IMG/VR virus record: IMGVR_UViG_3300034106_005922
Coordinates: 6,496 to 70,495 of that record
Direction: 5' to 3' (one strand)
Origin: a virus
Length of the DNA stretch: 64,000 bases
Shown: one piece after another, positions 60,687 to 64,000 of the stretch
How the letters are laid out: each line of letters starts with the position of its first letter
How positions within the stretch are numbered: position 1 is the stretch's first letter
Notes under the pieces: model-generated
Told to the model about the DNA's origin: nothing
Databases searched by the model: none
The model's input: only the letters and a program-made list of their open reading frames with translations
Program-made: the position numbers and the translations under genes

Positions 60687-61805
60687 TTACCATTTACTAA
60701 GAGCAGTTCTAACCCAATCGTTGGTTTTTCTGCAGTAGTAAAAGTAATTATCATCAAAAGCAAATTGCCCGCTGGTTCCAGCGCTATTTTCGGCAGATGG
60801 AATATCTGAATTTTGAAGTATTGTTTTATTTTTAATAAAAATACCGCTTGCGAAATCTAATGTTAATGTTTGAGGTCCAGAAAAATTATCGACTGATTCT
60901 TTGGTAGAATCAGCAAAAACTGTACCAGAATTACTATTTATATTAGATTTAATTAAAGATTGATTTCTAAATCTAAAATTACCTGTTTCAATATTAATTC
61001 CACTAGCAAAATCTAAAAATAATGTAGAACTTTGGGTAAAAGATTTAACTGTCTCACTAGAATCTCTAATAACAACAGATCCACTAGCAGATAAAAGGGT
61101 ATAATTACCATTAACAATTGAAGAATTATTTCCTCTTACTCTATTGTTTCTTCCATTCAATATACTTGAATAACATGCCGATTGGACACAATTACAACAA
61201 CCATTTAAAATAGTAGAATTAGAAGCTGAAAGATTAAAACGAAAATTATCATCTGTACCAATAATATTGTAAAAACCTCCATTTATAAAATTTCCTGCGC
61301 CTGGACCTATTATATTATGATAACCACCAACTATAGTGCTTCTACGAACTGCTCCAGTATAAAAACTAAAAAATGTATTTAAAGAAAAATCTGCTCCACC
61401 GATATTGTTTACTTGACCACCTAATATAGAGTTATAATAACCTCCACTAGTATTTATTGTGTTTCCCCTTCCTCCTATTATTACATTTCCTCCATCTTCA
61501 CCAAAACCATTAGATAAAATTCCATGGAATGATCCTCCAAGTATTGCTCCATCAGCTGTACCACTAATTCTTGAATTTTTAGCATCAATAATTGAAGAAT
61601 TGCTTGGGAATACTGCATTTGGACCTTGCCCAATGATTAAAGAAGAACAAACTCCACTTCTTATAAAATTACCACTAGAACCTATTAAAAAACTAGATAA
61701 ATTTCCTGTACTAATTTGTAATCCAAAGTCATCGGTTTTAACATTTAAAAATGTTTGATTGGGTTGTTTTTCTATTAAATATAAATCTCTGTATCCATTT
61801 GCCAT
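60687..61805 (-). CDS. Short fibre-like protein with beta-roll repeats
   Basis: ILGG/IIGG repeats; C-terminal GTSGQFAFDDNYFYYC..W.R module. Confidence 0.65.
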   Translation of the reverse strand: MANGYRDLYLIEKQPNQTFLNVKTDDFGLQISTGNLSSFLIGSSGNFIRSGVCSSLIIGQGPNAVFPSNSSIIDAKNSRISGTADGAILGGSFHGILSNGFGEDGGNVIIGGRGNTINTSGGYYNSILGGQVNNIGGADFSLNTFFSFYTGAVRRSTIVGGYHNIIGPGAGNFINGGFYNIIGTDDNFRFNLSASNSTILNGCCNCVQSACYSSILNGRNNRVRGNNSSIVNGNYTLLSASGSVVIRDSSETVKSFTQSSTLFLDFASGINIETGNFRFRNQSLIKSNINSNSGTVFADSTKESVDNFSGPQTLTLDFASGIFIKNKTILQNSDIPSAENSAGTSGQFAFDDNYFYYCRKTNDWVRTALSKW

Positions 61806-61809
61806 AAAA

Positions 61810-62091
61810 TTAACTCCAATTTCCTACTAAAGGAGAAACTAACCATCTTCCATTAGTTCCATCTCCGCTAACACAAATATAAATGTATTGATTGTCCCAC
61901 TTTACTTGTCCGCTTATTCCTGGGCTATATTCTCCAGTAGGCGAGTAATTATTTTGTATTCTAATTCCAGAAGAAAAATATTTTTCTCCAAATACTTCTT
62001 GGTCACCAGTCAGTCTAATATATCTAAGATCTAACTGCCCAGTATTAGTGAGCTGTTCGGTAAATATCTGAAGACCATTAAAAGTGCGCAT
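61810..62091 (-). CDS. Mini-fibre/decoration protein
   Basis: GQLDLRYIRLTGDQ motif shared with the 1142-aa fibre; GISGQVKWDNQYIYIC shared with the 372-aa fibre. Confidence 0.55.
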   Translation of the reverse strand: MRTFNGLQIFTEQLTNTGQLDLRYIRLTGDQEVFGEKYFSSGIRIQNNYSPTGEYSPGISGQVKWDNQYIYICVSGDGTNGRWLVSPLVGNWS

Positions 62092-62102
62092 CTTGTTTAG
62101 AT

Positions 62103-62108
62103 TTACAC
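62103..62108 (-). promoter_or_regulatory. GTGTAA putative late-promoter motif
   Basis: 11 nt before ATG 62091. Confidence 0.65.
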
Positions 62109-62131
62109 TTTATATATAATTATTTTATATC

Positions 62132-62479
62132 TTATTTGCCTTCAGCTAAAACATCCCTAGCACTTTTACTCAACTTAATGTTGTTATTGTTTTGCTTTGG
62201 AATATTATAATTAGAAACATGCTTCTTAAATTCTCTTACTAGTCTTTTGATTAATGTTTCTCTATCATCAACTGGAATTAATCCAAATTTACTAGCATGA
62301 GCTTGTAGATCGCTCTTATTCATTTCTTTTAATGTAATAAGATACTCAGATTCGTCTAGAGTCTTGTACTTGCGGATTCCATCATCACCCCAAATTTGAT
62401 CTAAGCTTCTGTATTGTTTTTCTTCTAATCTACCATGAGTTTGAGACAATTCACCTATATTTTTTACCTTTTTCTTCAT
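62132..62479 (-). CDS. Hypothetical protein downstream of major capsid gene
   Basis: 115 aa, AAGGAG Shine-Dalgarno, own GTGTAA motif. Confidence 0.65.
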   Translation of the reverse strand: MKKKVKNIGELSQTHGRLEEKQYRSLDQIWGDDGIRKYKTLDESEYLITLKEMNKSDLQAHASKFGLIPVDDRETLIKRLVREFKKHVSNYNIPKQNNNNIKLSKSARDVLAEGK

Positions 62480-62506
62480 ATTTTTCTCCTTTAACCTTAC
62501 AAGTGG

Positions 62507-62512
62507 TTACAC
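62507..62512 (-). promoter_or_regulatory. GTGTAA putative late-promoter motif
   Basis: 27 nt before ATG 62479, just downstream of the capsid terminator. Confidence 0.6.
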
Positions 62513-62542
62513 GCAAACCTAAAATTAGGGAATATATAAAAT

Positions 62543-62576
62543 AAAAAACCCCTAGGATTTCTCCTAGGGGCTTTTT
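62543..62576 (-). terminator. Rho-independent terminator after major capsid gene
   Basis: CCCCTAGGA-GAAA-TCCTAGGGG stem-loop followed by T6 on the - strand. Confidence 0.9.
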
Positions 62577-62591
62577 AATAATTGTTAACTA

Positions 62592-63707
62592 TTAGCTATC
62601 TTTAACTCTCAAGCCAACAATTGTACGAGCATCGATACAAACGCGTCCTTCTTCGAGGAATCCGTAGAATCCTGTTTTCTCGGAGCGAGATACGAATTGA
62701 TCGTCTGGAAGAACATTGAATGTTCCACCGCTTTCGGCTTGGCGAGCTACTGGACGGATAAAGCCTTCGCGACTTAGATCCAATCCGATTGCCAATTCTC
62801 CACCACCTAGAGCTGTTTGACCAGCTGCGGCAACTAGAGCGTTATAAAGTTGTGAATATTTAGCATTGTAACCAAGTTCAACTAGCTCATGGAGAGTTAC
62901 TCCATAAATTTCTTGAACTCCAGCATTACGATAAATTTCTTCACGAACTCCATCAGGAAGATTTGTTCCTGCTGTTGGACTACTATTAGTTGTGAATGGT
63001 TGGTAAGCAAATGCACGAACATCAGCTTTGATCTCGGGACTTACGAATAGATCGGTTAGTCCGTATGTATCAACTGTTGTACCACCAGCATATGAAGTAT
63101 TGATTCTCTTTACGAGAGTCATTAGATTATTCAAATCTGCTAGTTGGAATGTGTTAGCTGCTGTACTAGCGATAACGTGTCCGTTAGTTACGTCAGCTGT
63201 GAAGTTTGCACTTGTTGTGTATTGTGATCTTGCTTCAGCAAGAGCTTTTAGAACAACTGCCCAAGCATTACGTTCTTGTTTTACGAGAACTTCATTGCTC
63301 ATGCGTTCTACTGCTTTGCCTACAACATCAATACGACCACGACGAGCGTAGCGCTTTAAGAAGCTAACTGCACTGTCAAGGCGGTATGTGGAAACTTTTA
63401 GTTCACTGAATCCTTCGACTGTTGAAGAAGGAAGACCACCTGCTACATTTTGACTCCAAACTGTAGTATAGTCTTGGCCTTGATCGAAATATAGATCAAG
63501 AGGTAGACTTGGGGAATCATCTTCATCATAAGGTGCATCAGTGTAGATAGCACTAGCTGTGCCAGCTTGCATTAGAACCTTACTAACAACTGGTCCAATG
63601 AAAGCTGCAAAAGCTTCGGTGGCTTCTCTAGCAACGCCAACATCTCTGCTGGCCATAGCTTTGATAAGCTCAACTTGCTCTGGTGTATTTTTTAATTTGA
63701 TTTTCAT
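62592..63707 (-). CDS. Major capsid protein (HK97-like, inferred)
   Basis: 371 aa, strong AAGGAG SD, high-expression codon usage, terminator, position between decoration and neck genes. Confidence 0.75.
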   Translation of the reverse strand: MKIKLKNTPEQVELIKAMASRDVGVAREATEAFAAFIGPVVSKVLMQAGTASAIYTDAPYDEDDSPSLPLDLYFDQGQDYTTVWSQNVAGGLPSSTVEGFSELKVSTYRLDSAVSFLKRYARRGRIDVVGKAVERMSNEVLVKQERNAWAVVLKALAEARSQYTTSANFTADVTNGHVIASTAANTFQLADLNNLMTLVKRINTSYAGGTTVDTYGLTDLFVSPEIKADVRAFAYQPFTTNSSPTAGTNLPDGVREEIYRNAGVQEIYGVTLHELVELGYNAKYSQLYNALVAAAGQTALGGGELAIGLDLSREGFIRPVARQAESGGTFNVLPDDQFVSRSEKTGFYGFLEEGRVCIDARTIVGLRVKDS

Positions 63708-63732
63708 TTTTTTTAAATTTCTCCTTTAAAAA

Positions 63733-64000
63733 TTAGAGTTGAATCTTGAGAGGAGCAACACCATTTACGGCTGTTCCTAGGAAGGTGCCAACTTTGATTG
63801 CACCGTTTGGTAGGGTAGTACCAGCGGTTAAATCTCCGTTAGCGCCTGCAGCAAGGTAAGCGACTTGACCTGCAGTAGCGGCTACGCCACTGTACAATAC
63901 TACTCCACGAGTTAGTACTGGTACGGTTTGTCCACTTACAACAACGCCCATTTCTGCGGCTTTGCGAGGGTTGAAAACTAGTCTTTCGCCGTTTTCATCT
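63733..64000 (-). CDS. Putative capsid decoration/cement protein (5'-truncated by window edge)
   Basis: Frame stays open to the edge (DENGERLVFNPRKAAEMGVVVSGQ..); Gly/Ala-rich beta protein directly before MCP. Confidence 0.55.
   Translation of the reverse strand, partial: DENGERLVFNPRKAAEMGVVVSGQTVPVLTRGVVLYSGVAATAGQVAYLAAGANGDLTAGTTLPNGAIKVGTFLGTAVNGVAPLKIQL

Noticed and set aside
4169-63351. Short nested or antisense ORFs in the track (e.g. 4169-4534, 5374-5700, 14376-14663, 24799-25062, 41489-41832, 44875-45547, 61459-61758, 63028-63351)
   Set aside because: They lie within well-supported longer genes and have no motifs or expression signals; shadow ORFs.
1-64000. Stop-codon recoding, CRISPR array, DGR, tRNAs, integrase or IS elements
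   Set aside because: Standard-code ORFs tile the window with very short gaps; no spaced repeats, reverse transcriptase, cloverleaf-sized gaps or recombinase motifs were seen.

Overview
The window is a gene-dense, strongly AT-rich segment of a large tailed dsDNA phage (siphovirus-like tail) with 61 tiled CDS in the standard genetic code. No tRNA, rRNA, CRISPR array, integrase or transposase was recognised. Left to right: (i) 1-12.8 kb, a nucleotide-sugar/glycosylation cluster (GTs, O-methyltransferases, heptose pathway, Glf, Gmd, epimerases); (ii) 12.8-28.8 kb, replication/recombination under sigma70-type promoters (RecA/UvsX, DnaB, ThyX, atypical primase, Cas4-like nuclease, DnaE split into PHP + DEDDh exonuclease + polymerase core, a Whirly-like putative SSB, a Zn-ribbon GT4/split-GT9 pair, a Rad52-like annealase); (iii) 28.8-38.3 kb, a tail-tube paralogue and a lambda M-L-K-I-J-like tail-tip operon oriented opposite to the rest of the virion genes; (iv) 38.3-64 kb (- strand), tape measure, chaperones, tail tube, neck, a second GT island, four fibre-like genes, major capsid and a truncated decoration gene. 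Best leads: a candidate virion glycosylation system (many GTs plus strong [S/T]-G enrichment in exposed virion proteins), a GTGTAA late-promoter regulon, and a tape measure protein whose repeated G[FL][IV]PNF motifs flank a nuclease-like insert. All protein calls come from motifs recognised by eye and gene context; no database searches were run.
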